Assembly (NCBI GenBank): GCA_038893355.1
Contig: JAWARQ010000004.1
Span: 1-64,000 of the forward strand
Reading direction: 5' to 3'
Origin: Sulfolobaceae archaeon
Lineage (GTDB): Archaea; Thermoproteota; Thermoprotei_A; Sulfolobales; Sulfolobaceae
Length of the DNA stretch: 64,000 nt
Shown here: positions 45,082 through 55,069 of the stretch, piece by piece
Layout of the letters: each line of letters begins with the position of its first letter
Position numbering within the stretch: position 1 is the first letter of the stretch
The notes under the pieces: generated by a model
The model's database searches: none
The model's input: only the letters and a program-made list of their open reading frames with translations
What the model was told of the DNA's origin: nothing
Position numbers and translations under genes: made by a program

Positions 45082-45441
45082 ATGAGAACAGAGTCGTATA
45101 TTCTCTTATCGAATGGATTAGCTTTACTAGAGCTAATCGTAGGCTACATAGTTGATATTTTTGGCTTTGGTTATCAATACATAAATTTAGGAATTCATGC
45201 AGTAATTGGTATTCTATTATTCGCCTTCACTCTAATCTCTTACATTCGAATTGAAGAGAGATTCATGAAGAGGCTTTTGCTAGGCACTATCGTGTTAATA
45301 ATAATTGCTGCAATTCTTGGTTTTGTTTATATATTATTCGGAAATATTATAATTTCAATAATTCATTTTATCTTTGCATTAGGTGTTCTATCAAACCTTT
45401 CTGTAGGCTACGGCTTTATGATAGGGAAGAGATATAGATAG
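45082..45441 (+). CDS. Four-TM membrane protein with intramembrane His residues
   Basis: GIHAVIG and IIHFIFA helices. Confidence 0.7.
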   Translation: MRTESYILLSNGLALLELIVGYIVDIFGFGYQYINLGIHAVIGILLFAFTLISYIRIEERFMKRLLLGTIVLIIIAAILGFVYILFGNIIISIIHFIFALGVLSNLSVGYGFMIGKRYR

Positions 45442-45453
45442 GGAAGAATTCTT

Positions 45454-46980
45454 TTAAATTTTAAATATAGGCTTTCCATCAAACTCACTTAAATACTTAT
45501 CATTACTATTAGTTAAGCTTACTAAGGTTGGTGCAATGTCTACAAGCCTAGGGCCGGAGTAAGGTAATGTTTCTACTACCATTCCTTTTGGAACATTAGG
45601 TCCTCTAATAATTATCGGAATATTTTGTACTAGCCAACCCGCGCCACCATGATTTCCTTTATAACTTGGATATGCACTCATTTCATCTCCGAAGAATACT
45701 ATTATATCGGGCCCTTGTTCACACAACATAGTTTTTAAAAGTTGAACATAATTAGATCTACCGTCATCCTTTACTGGAACGTAATTTTCAATAATGTTCC
45801 CTCCCACGTTAAACCTTGCCTTATAGAACACTGCTATTACGTTAGGTATATTCTCCTTTAAATAATTTGCTGCAGTTCTCTTTTTATCGTTATCTTTAAA
45901 ATCTGGGTTACTAAGCCATATTGTTAAGTAACCTGAGGCACCTCTAACGAGATCTGTATTGATTCCCTTATTAGCAAGATCGTTAGATATTTGATTAGGG
46001 TCTATATAATCATAATTTGTTGAAAATCCATGATCTGCAGTAATTACAATTAGGGATTTATCATAAATACCCAAAGTCTTTAGTTTATTAATTAATTCAC
46101 CTATAACTTTGTCTGCATTCATTACAGGCTGATACATACTATCAAGGCTTCCGGGACCTCCGTTTATGTGGGCGTTTAAATCTACATCCGGAAGGTTTAT
46201 GAGCATATATCTAGGTCTTAAGTTTTCTAAAATTCTCTCTACAACTTTAATTACCCAGTTATCTCCCATCGTAAGCAAATCACTACTTTTTATTGTTACA
46301 TCATTTACTAAACCGTCTGCCTTGCCTAATTGATAATAAGGCACAATATACCCATCTTGTGTAGTTTTTCCCATAATTCTAATATCCATGTTTGCTAGAT
46401 ACGTAGCCATATACTGCTTTGTTGAAATTCCTACAGTTAGGGCGTCTTGAAAGGTCGATTTTAACCAAAGTGGAAATGATGGTAAATCATATTCATAATG
46501 TCTCCTTATTTTTGATGGTAAATCATAATTTACTATTAACGAGTAATCTCCAGGATTTACCGCTTTATATTCCGGGACTATTTGATTTAGATCTGGATCA
46601 TCATATATGTTTCTCCAACCATAATCTACGATCCCCCACCTTGAAGGGAATAATCCTGCATTACCTACCGCATGGCTAACTATAGTATTTGATGTTAAGT
46701 GTCCTACGTAAGCATTAGGGAAGTACGTCCCTTCACTTATTATATTCATTATATTTGGGGGATTGAACTTCTCTATGAATACTGGAGATAAACCATCAAC
46801 GTATATTAGGAAATAGTATCCAATATCACCACTGTCTATAACTTTCTGGATACTATTATTTGAGGAGTCTGTAGTGTAGTTAGTAAAGTATTCTCGAAAA
46901 GTTTTTATACTTACGGTAGCCGAGAGGATACTAGAACCTAAAACTAGGGATGCTATCTTTAAGAATTCTCTCCTATTCAT
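45454..46980 (-). CDS. Tat-exported alkaline phosphatase-superfamily / nucleotide pyrophosphatase-phosphodiesterase
   Basis: MNRREFLK twin-arginine signal; VDGL, T nucleophile region, D...H, TADHG, GNHGG. Confidence 0.88.
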   Translation of the reverse strand: MNRREFLKIASLVLGSSILSATVSIKTFREYFTNYTTDSSNNSIQKVIDSGDIGYYFLIYVDGLSPVFIEKFNPPNIMNIISEGTYFPNAYVGHLTSNTIVSHAVGNAGLFPSRWGIVDYGWRNIYDDPDLNQIVPEYKAVNPGDYSLIVNYDLPSKIRRHYEYDLPSFPLWLKSTFQDALTVGISTKQYMATYLANMDIRIMGKTTQDGYIVPYYQLGKADGLVNDVTIKSSDLLTMGDNWVIKVVERILENLRPRYMLINLPDVDLNAHINGGPGSLDSMYQPVMNADKVIGELINKLKTLGIYDKSLIVITADHGFSTNYDYIDPNQISNDLANKGINTDLVRGASGYLTIWLSNPDFKDNDKKRTAANYLKENIPNVIAVFYKARFNVGGNIIENYVPVKDDGRSNYVQLLKTMLCEQGPDIIVFFGDEMSAYPSYKGNHGGAGWLVQNIPIIIRGPNVPKGMVVETLPYSGPRLVDIAPTLVSLTNSNDKYLSEFDGKPIFKI

Positions 46981-47024
46981 GCGATATTTGAAGAAGATTA
47001 TATTTAAAAAGATATTCTACATAA

Positions 47025-47073
47025 TATATATAATATCTGATAATTATATAGTACTATATACAACTATATATAA
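47025..47073. promoter_or_regulatory. TATATA repeats phased at 10 bp with a 16-bp palindrome, upstream of the phosphodiesterase
   Basis: TATATA ends at 47030, 47050, 47060 and 47070; TATATAGTACTATATA at 47045-47060. Confidence 0.4.
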
Positions 47074-47102
47074 ACTGAATCAATGTAATTGTATCTCCTA
47101 AG

Positions 47103-47615
47103 CTATTTTATTATATTTTCTAATTCATGTAATAAAGTAGAAGTGATATTTTTTCTATTCTCATATGTAACGTAAATTACCTTATATTTTCTAAATTTCT
47201 CTACTAGGCTTCTATGCAAAACTGCAATCAGTGGCTTACTAGAATTTATTGAAAAATCTATAATATTTTTTAATTCATTTATCTTTAATTCCATTGGACC
47301 TATTTCGTCTATAATTATCAGTTCAGAATTTTGGATTGATACAAAAATTTCGTCTATAATATTTTTAACTTCGTCAATAAGAATATGATATTTCCCTACT
47401 TTAGGAAAACCCTCTTCTTCTTTAGCTAGCCATACATCCTTACCACTAGAAATATCTACTATTTTAAATCCTATTCTCTTTTCACCTACCCTCACTTCTG
47501 GGCAATAAAATCCACCGATCTTGACTCTTTTGTTCTTCTTTAATTCTTCTATAAGCTTAACTATGATTGTAGTCTTACCTACACGAGGAGGTCCTGTTAT
47601 AAAAATTTTGTTCAT
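47103..47615 (-). CDS. THEP1-type NTPase
   Basis: GPPRVGKT, GGFYCPEVR, IIDEIGPME, AVLHR. Confidence 0.92.
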   Translation of the reverse strand: MNKIFITGPPRVGKTTIIVKLIEELKKNKRVKIGGFYCPEVRVGEKRIGFKIVDISSGKDVWLAKEEEGFPKVGKYHILIDEVKNIIDEIFVSIQNSELIIIDEIGPMELKINELKNIIDFSINSSKPLIAVLHRSLVEKFRKYKVIYVTYENRKNITSTLLHELENIIK

Positions 47616-47650
47616 TATGTTTTTAATTTTTAATCAAGTATATAGAGGTA

Positions 47651-48325
47651 GTGTTGTCAATGTCTAGTTCAGTGTATATGTATATAAGCTCGTTAAAATT
47701 TAATAGTAATTGGTGGAATTTATCATATTCCGAGAAGAAGGGTATAATTAGTAATTTATTAGAGGTGGAGAAGGCTTTTTCTGAAAAAGTAGTTTTAAAG
47801 AGATATATCTCTCTTAGGCATAATTCAGATCTCCTATACTGGATATCTTCTTACAATACTCGTGATTTTATTGAATTTAAGTATAATATATTATCTATTG
47901 GGAAAGGGTATTTTAAGGAAAATATTGGATTAATTTCTATATTTAAACCTTCGCCTTATTTTGAATATTCGGAATCAAAGGACTTATTATCTTATATTAA
48001 GAGGGAACCATTAAGATACTTCGTAGCCTATCCTATGAAAAAATCCCCTGAATGGTACCTACTACCTTTCGACGAGAGGAGAGAATTGATAAAAGAGCAT
48101 GCTGAAATTGCTTCAAAATATAATAAATACGGTATTAGATCTTATACCACTTACTCTTTTGGAATTTTAGATGATGAATTTGTAGTGATATATGAAGTCC
48201 CAGACTTAGAAGGCTGGAGTTTTGTTGTAGAGAAACTTAGGGAAGCAAGGGCTAGAAAATGGACGTTAAGAGAAGAGCCTATTTTATTAGGGGAGTATAT
48301 AAATTTACAAGAGATTATTAAGTAG
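47651..48325 (+). CDS. Chlorite dismutase/coproheme decarboxylase family protein
   Basis: YPMKKSPEWYLLP..ER..I.EH, TTYSFGILDDEFVV, LRE. Confidence 0.88.
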   Translation: MLSMSSSVYMYISSLKFNSNWWNLSYSEKKGIISNLLEVEKAFSEKVVLKRYISLRHNSDLLYWISSYNTRDFIEFKYNILSIGKGYFKENIGLISIFKPSPYFEYSESKDLLSYIKREPLRYFVAYPMKKSPEWYLLPFDERRELIKEHAEIASKYNKYGIRSYTTYSFGILDDEFVVIYEVPDLEGWSFVVEKLREARARKWTLREEPILLGEYINLQEIIK

Positions 48326-48808
48326 AAATAGTATTGCTACTAACGTTTTACCATCTTCTATTTCTTTTCGCTTTACTAATTCCTTAATCTTAGCTATCTT
48401 AATAGGCATTAATTCTATTAGCTCGTAAGATTCAGGTTTGCTTCCTATAAATTTAAGTTCATTAGCTATTGCAATATACATCTTCTCAGTTGATGTACCA
48501 GGGGATACGAAATACGAGTGTATTATTTTTATATCCTCTGCGAGATAACCAGTTTCTTCTATTAATTCCCTCTTTGCAGTTTCTTCTACTTTTTCATTCT
48601 CCTCTATTGTCCCTGCAGGAAATTCCAATAGCCATTTATTTACAATTGGCCTATATTGCCTTATCATTAATACTGTCTCATTATCTAGAAATGGTATTAT
48701 TATGACTGAGCCTCTATGCCTTATATAGGCAGTCTCATATTCTTTTCCGTTAGGTAGGAGGAATTTTTCTAAGTGAACACTAAACTTCTTAGACTCAAAT
48801 ATTTTCAT
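48305..48808 (-). CDS. Nudix hydrolase (ADP-ribose pyrophosphatase-like)
   Basis: QYRP, EFPAG, AKRELIEETG, SPG, DGKT. Confidence 0.92.
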   Translation of the reverse strand: MKIFESKKFSVHLEKFLLPNGKEYETAYIRHRGSVIIIPFLDNETVLMIRQYRPIVNKWLLEFPAGTIEENEKVEETAKRELIEETGYLAEDIKIIHSYFVSPGTSTEKMYIAIANELKFIGSKPESYELIELMPIKIAKIKELVKRKEIEDGKTLVAILFLLNNLL

Positions 48809-49425
48809 ATTTTCAACCTTTTTTTAAAGTCCCTTAATATTTCTTCAGCCCTCGTATAATACTTTTCCCAATCTAACTTGAATAATAGAATACCCAATAT
48901 TACAAACACAATAGAAGATATTATTCCTAACTCAACTTCTGTTATTCCAAATGCTCTAGTATGCTGTGCTATTACTATTAGTCCTGCAGCCTCTAAGGCT
49001 ATTTCTATTGCACTTTTACTTATTTTTGATATTATAGTTATAGATAGCATTTTAGATAAAGGTGCCTTTACTATTCCACCTCCTAAAAATAAATAATCAT
49101 CTATAGGTAAAATTGGTAATAATGCCAATATAAATAAAGTAACATAAAAAGATTTGTTATTGACAAATCTCGCTAGGAACTTCATATTCTTTGTATCTTT
49201 CAATGGTTTTCTTAATCCTAAGCCTATCCCATACATTACGATTTTTGATACTCCAGCACCTAATCCAGTTACGAATACTACGATAAGATAGTCTATTAGG
49301 TTAAATCCAGCTCTAAGTAAAACCGTAGTCGCTATTATAGTGTATGGGGCTCCAAAGAAGGGTGTTGCATTAGATACAAAACTAACGATAAAGAGAAATA
49401 TTATTTCGTAAACATTTAGTCCCAT
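48805..49425 (-). CDS. DedA/VTT-like membrane protein
   Basis: NATPFFGAPY, LPIDD re-entrant motifs. Confidence 0.7.
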   Translation of the reverse strand: MGLNVYEIIFLFIVSFVSNATPFFGAPYTIIATTVLLRAGFNLIDYLIVVFVTGLGAGVSKIVMYGIGLGLRKPLKDTKNMKFLARFVNNKSFYVTLFILALLPILPIDDYLFLGGGIVKAPLSKMLSITIISKISKSAIEIALEAAGLIVIAQHTRAFGITEVELGIISSIVFVILGILLFKLDWEKYYTRAEEILRDFKKRLKI

Positions 49426-49462
49426 TCAAATATTATCTGCCCTATTGTCTTATTAAATATTA

Positions 49463-49705
49463 ATGTATAACCATCTATTCATGAAAATAGAGTTGAATAA
49501 TTTGAATCTTGAGAAGAGCGAAAAAATTATTGCAATCAGGGTAGATGGAAAAATGAGCTATAATTTTTCACCAGACGTTATTCCTGCCAGGGTAAAAAAC
49601 TTTATTATTGAAATTGGTGATGTAAAATTAGATTATGCATATAATAAAAAACACATAATAGAGATAATAACATATTCTGGTAAATACTTTAAATATATAA
49701 TTTAA
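49463..49705 (+). CDS. Small hypothetical protein
   Basis: 80-aa ORF, beta-rich appearance; no family recognised. Confidence 0.6.
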   Translation: MYNHLFMKIELNNLNLEKSEKIIAIRVDGKMSYNFSPDVIPARVKNFIIEIGDVKLDYAYNKKHIIEIITYSGKYFKYII

Positions 49706-50098
49706 ATATTTTATTTTTATAATATAGATTTTATAAATTAATAAATTTTAACAGCTTAGTAGAGCATTTTTATTATTACTAAACGTATAAATTCATTATA
49801 CTTTGTCTACTTTAATATGCGATTAATAGTAAAAATTACTATTCTCTATTTGAATAAAAATTAATAATAATTAATATAAAAATAAAAATTTTTAAATATA
49901 TATAAAATTCTTACAAGTTATATTAAGATTTAAAATACTTATAAATTTCTGCATATAGCTTTACGAGTCCATAAGCTAAGAAAGAAAGTTATGAAAAATA
50001 CTAATCTTTAGGAGAAAGTAAATTATCCATAGTAGATATCTTCTATCATACGGCATAAATCTTAAAGGTTATAACTTAGTGTAAAAATCTTATTATAA

Positions 50099-50542
50099 AT
50101 GTGCGTCTTCTGTAAAATTATTAAGAGAGAAGAGGAAGGATATATAGTGTATCAAGACGAGTACTTTACCTCATTTTTGGATAAATATCCAGTAGCACCT
50201 GGACATACTTTAATAGCTACCAACAAGCATTTTGAGGACTTATTAAAAGTAGATGGGATCTATTTGCAAAAAATAGGGGAAATAATAAAGCTTATTGGAA
50301 ATGCAGTTATTAGGGCAATGAAAGCTGATGGAATAAGAGTTGTAAGCAATATAGGAAGGAGTGCAGGGCAGGTAATATTTCATACTCACATACATATAGT
50401 CCCAAGCTGGGAGGCTGGAATCCCAAAAGAGTTTTCGGATTTTAGACCTAGAGTAGAGCTGCCTAAATCTTATTATACAAAAGTCCAAAAGATGATATCT
50501 GAGGAAATTATAAAACAATTAGGAAAGGTTAGTGATACATAA
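50099..50542 (+). CDS. HIT-family hydrolase
   Basis: CVFCKI, PGHTL, GQVIFHTHIH. Confidence 0.95.
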   Translation: MCVFCKIIKREEEGYIVYQDEYFTSFLDKYPVAPGHTLIATNKHFEDLLKVDGIYLQKIGEIIKLIGNAVIRAMKADGIRVVSNIGRSAGQVIFHTHIHIVPSWEAGIPKEFSDFRPRVELPKSYYTKVQKMISEEIIKQLGKVSDT

Positions 50543-51381
50543 TGGCAGTAAAAATTTATCTAGGACCAGCAGGAATTCCACATGCAGCAGCTAAAAAAGG
50601 AACTTTAGAAGCACTATCGGTTATTAAGGAGCTCGGTTTAAATGCAATGGAAGTTGAGTTCGTTCAAGGAGTCAGAATGTCAAGGCAAATGGCCGAGAAG
50701 GTTGGTGAAGAGGCTAAGAGGCTAGGTATAAGGCTTTCAGTACATGCTCCTTATTTCATTAATCTTTGTTCTGAAGACGAGTCTAAAAGAAAAGCATCTA
50801 AACAGAGAATACTTGAATCTGCAGATAGGGCAGAATTAATGGGTGCTGATGCTATAGCAATTCACGTTGCATTTTACGGTAAATATTCCCCTGAGGAATG
50901 TTATAATATGGTAAAGGAGTCTTTAATTGAAATAGTAGATAAGGCTAAAGATGAGGGTATAAAAAATGTAAAGTTTGGAGTAGAAACCATGGCTAAGGAG
51001 TCTGCGTTTGGGTCATTAGAAGAGGTAATAAGAATTTCGAAGGAGGTAGAGAATGTTATCCCCTATATTGACTGGGCTCATACTTTTGCTAGGCAAGGTG
51101 GTAAAATTGATTATGGATATATTTTAGATTTATTAACTAAAGAGTTAAAATTATCTCATATTAATAGCCATTTTGAAGCACTAGATATAAGTAAAGGTAG
51201 GTATGTTGATAGACATTTGCCGATATCTTATAACACTCCGCCTTTTGAACCTTTAGCTAGAGAAATACTAAAACGCGATAATTATTCGATAACGCTAATA
51301 TGTGAAAGTCCAGAGTTGGAAAGGGATGCGTTAAAGATGAAGGAAATTTTATTGAGGCTTAATTATAACTTTAACTTGTAA
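50542..51381 (+). CDS. nfo: Endonuclease IV (AP endonuclease)
   Basis: HAPYFINL, ETM, DWAH, H, CESP metal ligands. Confidence 0.92.
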   Translation: MAVKIYLGPAGIPHAAAKKGTLEALSVIKELGLNAMEVEFVQGVRMSRQMAEKVGEEAKRLGIRLSVHAPYFINLCSEDESKRKASKQRILESADRAELMGADAIAIHVAFYGKYSPEECYNMVKESLIEIVDKAKDEGIKNVKFGVETMAKESAFGSLEEVIRISKEVENVIPYIDWAHTFARQGGKIDYGYILDLLTKELKLSHINSHFEALDISKGRYVDRHLPISYNTPPFEPLAREILKRDNYSITLICESPELERDALKMKEILLRLNYNFNL

Positions 51382-52038
51382 ATGTATTTAATATTCTGCG
51401 ATTATGACGGAACTTTAAGTGATAAGAAGGATAATTTTTTCATTAAAGATAATGTTAAAAATTTTATAAATGAATTTAAGAAAAAAAATCCTATTTTTAT
51501 AGTTACTGGTAGAGAAGAGAAATTTATAAAGAGATTAGCAAAGGGACTAGAACCAACTGGATGGATTCTAGAAAATGGGGCTATTTTTATTTATAATAAT
51601 CAGAGAATATTGAATGTTGATGATGACTGGTTCCAGGTTAGGGAAGATGTGGTGAAATTTTTAGAAGCTAATAAAGTTAAATTTTCTTTAGGGGAAGTTA
51701 TAATTTATGTAGATGAAGCTTCCAAATACTTTGATGTGTTAAATAAGGTATCTAACGCTAAGATAGAATGGAATCGTAATAATTTAATGATATTGCCAAA
51801 AAATATAGATAAAGGTAGTAGTATATTAAAATTTATTAGGCGTTTTAATTTAAATGGAAAAATAGTTGTAATAGGTGATGGAGAGAACGACTTAAGTATG
51901 TTTAAAGTTGCTGATATTAAAGTTGCAGTGAAAAATGCTGTTGATGTATTAAAGTATAATGCAGACTTTATTACTGATAAGGAAGATGGTGAGGGAGTTG
52001 TTGAATTCTTACGTTTTTTATCAAGTTTTAGTAAATAG
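51382..52038 (+). CDS. Cof-type HAD phosphatase (phosphoglycolate phosphatase-like)
   Basis: DYDGT, TGR, ENGA, DKG, GDGEND. Confidence 0.9.
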   Translation: MYLIFCDYDGTLSDKKDNFFIKDNVKNFINEFKKKNPIFIVTGREEKFIKRLAKGLEPTGWILENGAIFIYNNQRILNVDDDWFQVREDVVKFLEANKVKFSLGEVIIYVDEASKYFDVLNKVSNAKIEWNRNNLMILPKNIDKGSSILKFIRRFNLNGKIVVIGDGENDLSMFKVADIKVAVKNAVDVLKYNADFITDKEDGEGVVEFLRFLSSFSK

Positions 52039-52593
52039 ATATATATCAACTAAAAACTCGTGGAACTTTTTCTTATGCCACGGGTAATAGGCTTTTAGTT
52101 TATACTTTGTTGAAATTAGATCAACGTTATATCCCTTCTCCTTTGCTAGTTCTAAAATAATTCTTCTACTTTCCTCATTAGATTTATGAATCGAATATAT
52201 TACATTTCCTATCTCCATAGCTTTCCTTAAGAATATAATATCAATTCCTCTATTCACAACTCCGAATGGTGGATTTTGAAATACAACATCCACCCTTCTC
52301 AAATGTAGATTTTCTACATTTGCTTGCAAATAATCGATTCTTGATAAAAGGGAATATTTACTTGCATATTCTTTTCCCTTATGTATACTCTCTTCATCAA
52401 TTTCAACACATATACAGTAACCATTCAATATAGTTACTGCAACGCAGAATGGTCCAGTTCCACATCCTAATTCAACCACCCTTCTGCCAACTATCTCACC
52501 GCGTAGATATGCAAGCCATACTATTGAAGCTACGAGTTCTGGTGGAGTCATGTATTGTTCTAGAGTATACTTTGGGTTAGGATGAGGTGGCAA
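52021..52593 (-). CDS. METTL5-family methyltransferase; true start probably upstream
   Basis: LEQY.TP, ELGCGTG, NPPFG, YSIHK. Confidence 0.9.
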   Translation of the reverse strand: MPPHPNPKYTLEQYMTPPELVASIVWLAYLRGEIVGRRVVELGCGTGPFCVAVTILNGYCICVEIDEESIHKGKEYASKYSLLSRIDYLQANVENLHLRRVDVVFQNPPFGVVNRGIDIIFLRKAMEIGNVIYSIHKSNEESRRIILELAKEKGYNVDLISTKYKLKAYYPWHKKKFHEFLVDIYLFTKT

Positions 52594-52601
52594 TTTCTCT
52601 A

Positions 52602-53282
52602 TTATAAGTTCCAGATCTTTCTTACTAATTCTATCGCTTCTGATAAATTTTTCACCTTGTTATTAATATTTAAGTCATTATAAAAATTAAATCTGTCAAG
52701 AAGAATAGGAGTTATGTGAGCCCTTTTAGCACCTTCTACATCTATTTCATAAACATCGCCGATGTGAATACAATCCCTTAAATCTACATCCCCAATACTT
52801 TTGCATGCTTTATAGAAAACTAATGGGTGTGGTTTCATTAATTTAAGGTCACAAGAAGCTATAATTTTATCAATATACTGTGAAATTCCCAATTCTCTAA
52901 TTATTTTATAAACTCTCCTAGTAGCATTAGTAGTTAGTACGATATGAATTCCCAATTCTCTAATTGATTTTAAGAAGTTTAAAGAGTCTGGATATAACTC
53001 ATAAGATTCTCCTATGATTTTTGTAGTACTCAATTCCTCTATTATTTCCTTTCTAGGAATTATATTTAAAGTATAGAGAAGTTCTTTATAGTCTGGCCTA
53101 GCTAAGCCATCTAGCTCTGCATCTGGATATAATTTATTTGCTAGATTTTTAACTACTGCTCTAAACACATATTTTTCAGGAATATTATATCCAAATTTTT
53201 TTAGAGTTAAATAAATATTTTCATAAAATCTTGGTCTAAAAGAAACTAATGTCTCACCCATATCAATACTTACTACTTTCAT
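52602..53282 (-). CDS. HAD-IA hydrolase
   Basis: DMGETL, TNA, KPHP, HIGD...DVEGA. Confidence 0.9.
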   Translation of the reverse strand: MKVVSIDMGETLVSFRPRFYENIYLTLKKFGYNIPEKYVFRAVVKNLANKLYPDAELDGLARPDYKELLYTLNIIPRKEIIEELSTTKIIGESYELYPDSLNFLKSIRELGIHIVLTTNATRRVYKIIRELGISQYIDKIIASCDLKLMKPHPLVFYKACKSIGDVDLRDCIHIGDVYEIDVEGAKRAHITPILLDRFNFYNDLNINNKVKNLSEAIELVRKIWNL

Positions 53283-53590
53283 ACTACTTTCACTGCATAA
53301 AATCTTGGTGATAATATTTTATTAGATTTGCATCTTGGACATCTGCTGGGCATTTTAATTCTTTTATCTGTATTGAATACAAATCCACATTCTTTACATA
53401 CAGCTGGAATTATTATTACTTTATAACCTCTTCTCTTTGAGGATTTAAATATATGAGTAATATGTTCATATACTTCTTTTTCTCTACTTATTTTTAGTAT
53501 ACTCTTTATTTCTTTTGCAGAAATAGGTTCGGAGGAATTTATTAGGAGAAGAAAAATCTTTTCCCTAGTTGTTAATAAAGCTTTAGACAA
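53279..53590 (-). CDS. HTH plus Zn-ribbon transcriptional regulator
   Basis: TTREKI, EVYEHI.HI, CKECGFVF, PSRCPRCKS. Confidence 0.88.
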   Translation of the reverse strand: MSKALLTTREKIFLLLINSSEPISAKEIKSILKISREKEVYEHITHIFKSSKRRGYKVIIIPAVCKECGFVFNTDKRIKMPSRCPRCKSNKILSPRFYAVKVV

Positions 53591-53606
53591 GCTCGCTCGT
53601 ATTAAA

Positions 53607-54644
53607 TTAGGAATTAGAACTTAATATTTTTGAATATATTTCTTCGACTCTAGAAAGGAGTTGCGAATTAGTAATGCCTCGAGAGAACGCTAAAGATGCT
53701 AGACCACCGGCTCCTACTCCTTCCTTTACATAACCTTTTTCATATAGTCTTAATCCATCAAATCGTGAATTAGAAAAGTTAATCATTGAAACTATTAATT
53801 TTGCATTTACTTGCTTAACTAAATCTAATATATTTGATGACTTGTCCTCTAGTATCCATCTAGTAGTACCTATAGCTACAGATTTTATTTTATCACTATC
53901 TAATTCCCTGATTATTGCTGCTGCAGCAGCCATCTGAGTACCTCCTGCAAGAAGAACTTTACCCTTAAACCCTGTTGCTATTGCTGCTATCGCTATTAAA
54001 ACTGGATCAGAAACTTTTGAAAGCTTCCCTATAAAATCTTTTGGTAAGTCTTTTAATGCTTCTTTGACGATACTTATTTTTAGCTCCATTGGATTTATAG
54101 GCGATGCAGAACTTACTTTTCCAATTGCATTGTATCCTAATGCCTCTAATACCGCCATCGCGGTAGTAGTGCCTGCAGGTATTGATTCTCCAATAATTAT
54201 AAGTTTAAATAAGTTAGATAATTCCTCTCCTAGCCTAATTCCGTTATCAATAATTCTCTTTACTACTTCTTCGCGTAATGATCTTTTTCTAATATCTCCA
54301 CCAGGTTCTCCACCAAGTGAAATGTATGGAATATTTGGCTTTATTGATGAACCTGCATCTACTACAAGCTTCAAGGGATTTAACATAGATATTACTGCTC
54401 TACTAATAATTGCTGGAGTAGGTAAACCCTCTGGTGAAACTGGGATAGTATTAATTACTTTACACTTTTCATAGTAAATAAACTCAGCATCTGCAGCAGG
54501 CGTAAAGTGGGTTAGTTCTGGAGTGGCTCCTGCTATTGTAAGTCCTGGGATCTTACTTATTTCAGTAGTTCCTATTACTAGTAGGTAAATAAATGGTTCT
54601 AGTTTTAATTCATCAGCAAAAGAACCATTATACTCCTTAATCAT
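53607..54644 (-). CDS. cobT: Archaeal CobT nicotinate-nucleotide phosphoribosyltransferase
   Basis: TPAADAE, PTPA, GESIPAGTTTA, AGGTQM, YEKGYVKEGVGAGG. Confidence 0.9.
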   Translation of the reverse strand: MIKEYNGSFADELKLEPFIYLLVIGTTEISKIPGLTIAGATPELTHFTPAADAEFIYYEKCKVINTIPVSPEGLPTPAIISRAVISMLNPLKLVVDAGSSIKPNIPYISLGGEPGGDIRKRSLREEVVKRIIDNGIRLGEELSNLFKLIIIGESIPAGTTTAMAVLEALGYNAIGKVSSASPINPMELKISIVKEALKDLPKDFIGKLSKVSDPVLIAIAAIATGFKGKVLLAGGTQMAAAAAIIRELDSDKIKSVAIGTTRWILEDKSSNILDLVKQVNAKLIVSMINFSNSRFDGLRLYEKGYVKEGVGAGGLASLAFSRGITNSQLLSRVEEIYSKILSSNS

Positions 54645-54676
54645 AAAAGCTTACTTTTATGTAGGACTTTTAAATA

Positions 54677-55024
54677 TTGATGTTTTGGGAATATTATAGA
54701 AAGGTTGAAAAGGGCCTAAGTGTTCCAATTGAAGATTTTAAGTACAACATAATTATTAAGGAAGAGGTTAAGGAAGGGATAAGAGGTTTAATGAAAATAT
54801 TAGAAGAAAAAATAAAAAAAATTACAAATAAGAATAATATTGAAGAAGGATTAGTTGAGTTACTTTCTAATTCAAGAATTTCTCCTGCACTATATCAAGA
54901 AATGGTTGATATACTAAGGTTATATAAAAAATTGGATGTAGTTGAGGATGAGATATTGTACAGTATGCTAGTGAGAATTTTAGAAGATATTGAAGAACTG
55001 TATACAATCATAGGTAGTCATTAA
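54677..55024 (+). CDS. Small helical protein, degenerate HEPN/DUF86-like
   Basis: L....RIS..LY..M..I..L...L..V.DE.LY pattern; no R-x4-H motif. Confidence 0.55.
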   Translation: MMFWEYYRKVEKGLSVPIEDFKYNIIIKEEVKEGIRGLMKILEEKIKKITNKNNIEEGLVELLSNSRISPALYQEMVDILRLYKKLDVVEDEILYSMLVRILEDIEELYTIIGSH

Positions 55025-55069
55025 TAATTTTAACTATAAGTAAAGAATAAAGCAAAATAATTAATAATT

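Noticed and set aside
49706-50098. 390-bp very AT-rich gap as a possible origin or pseudogene
   Set aside because: No repeats, initiator gene or recognisable peptide remnants
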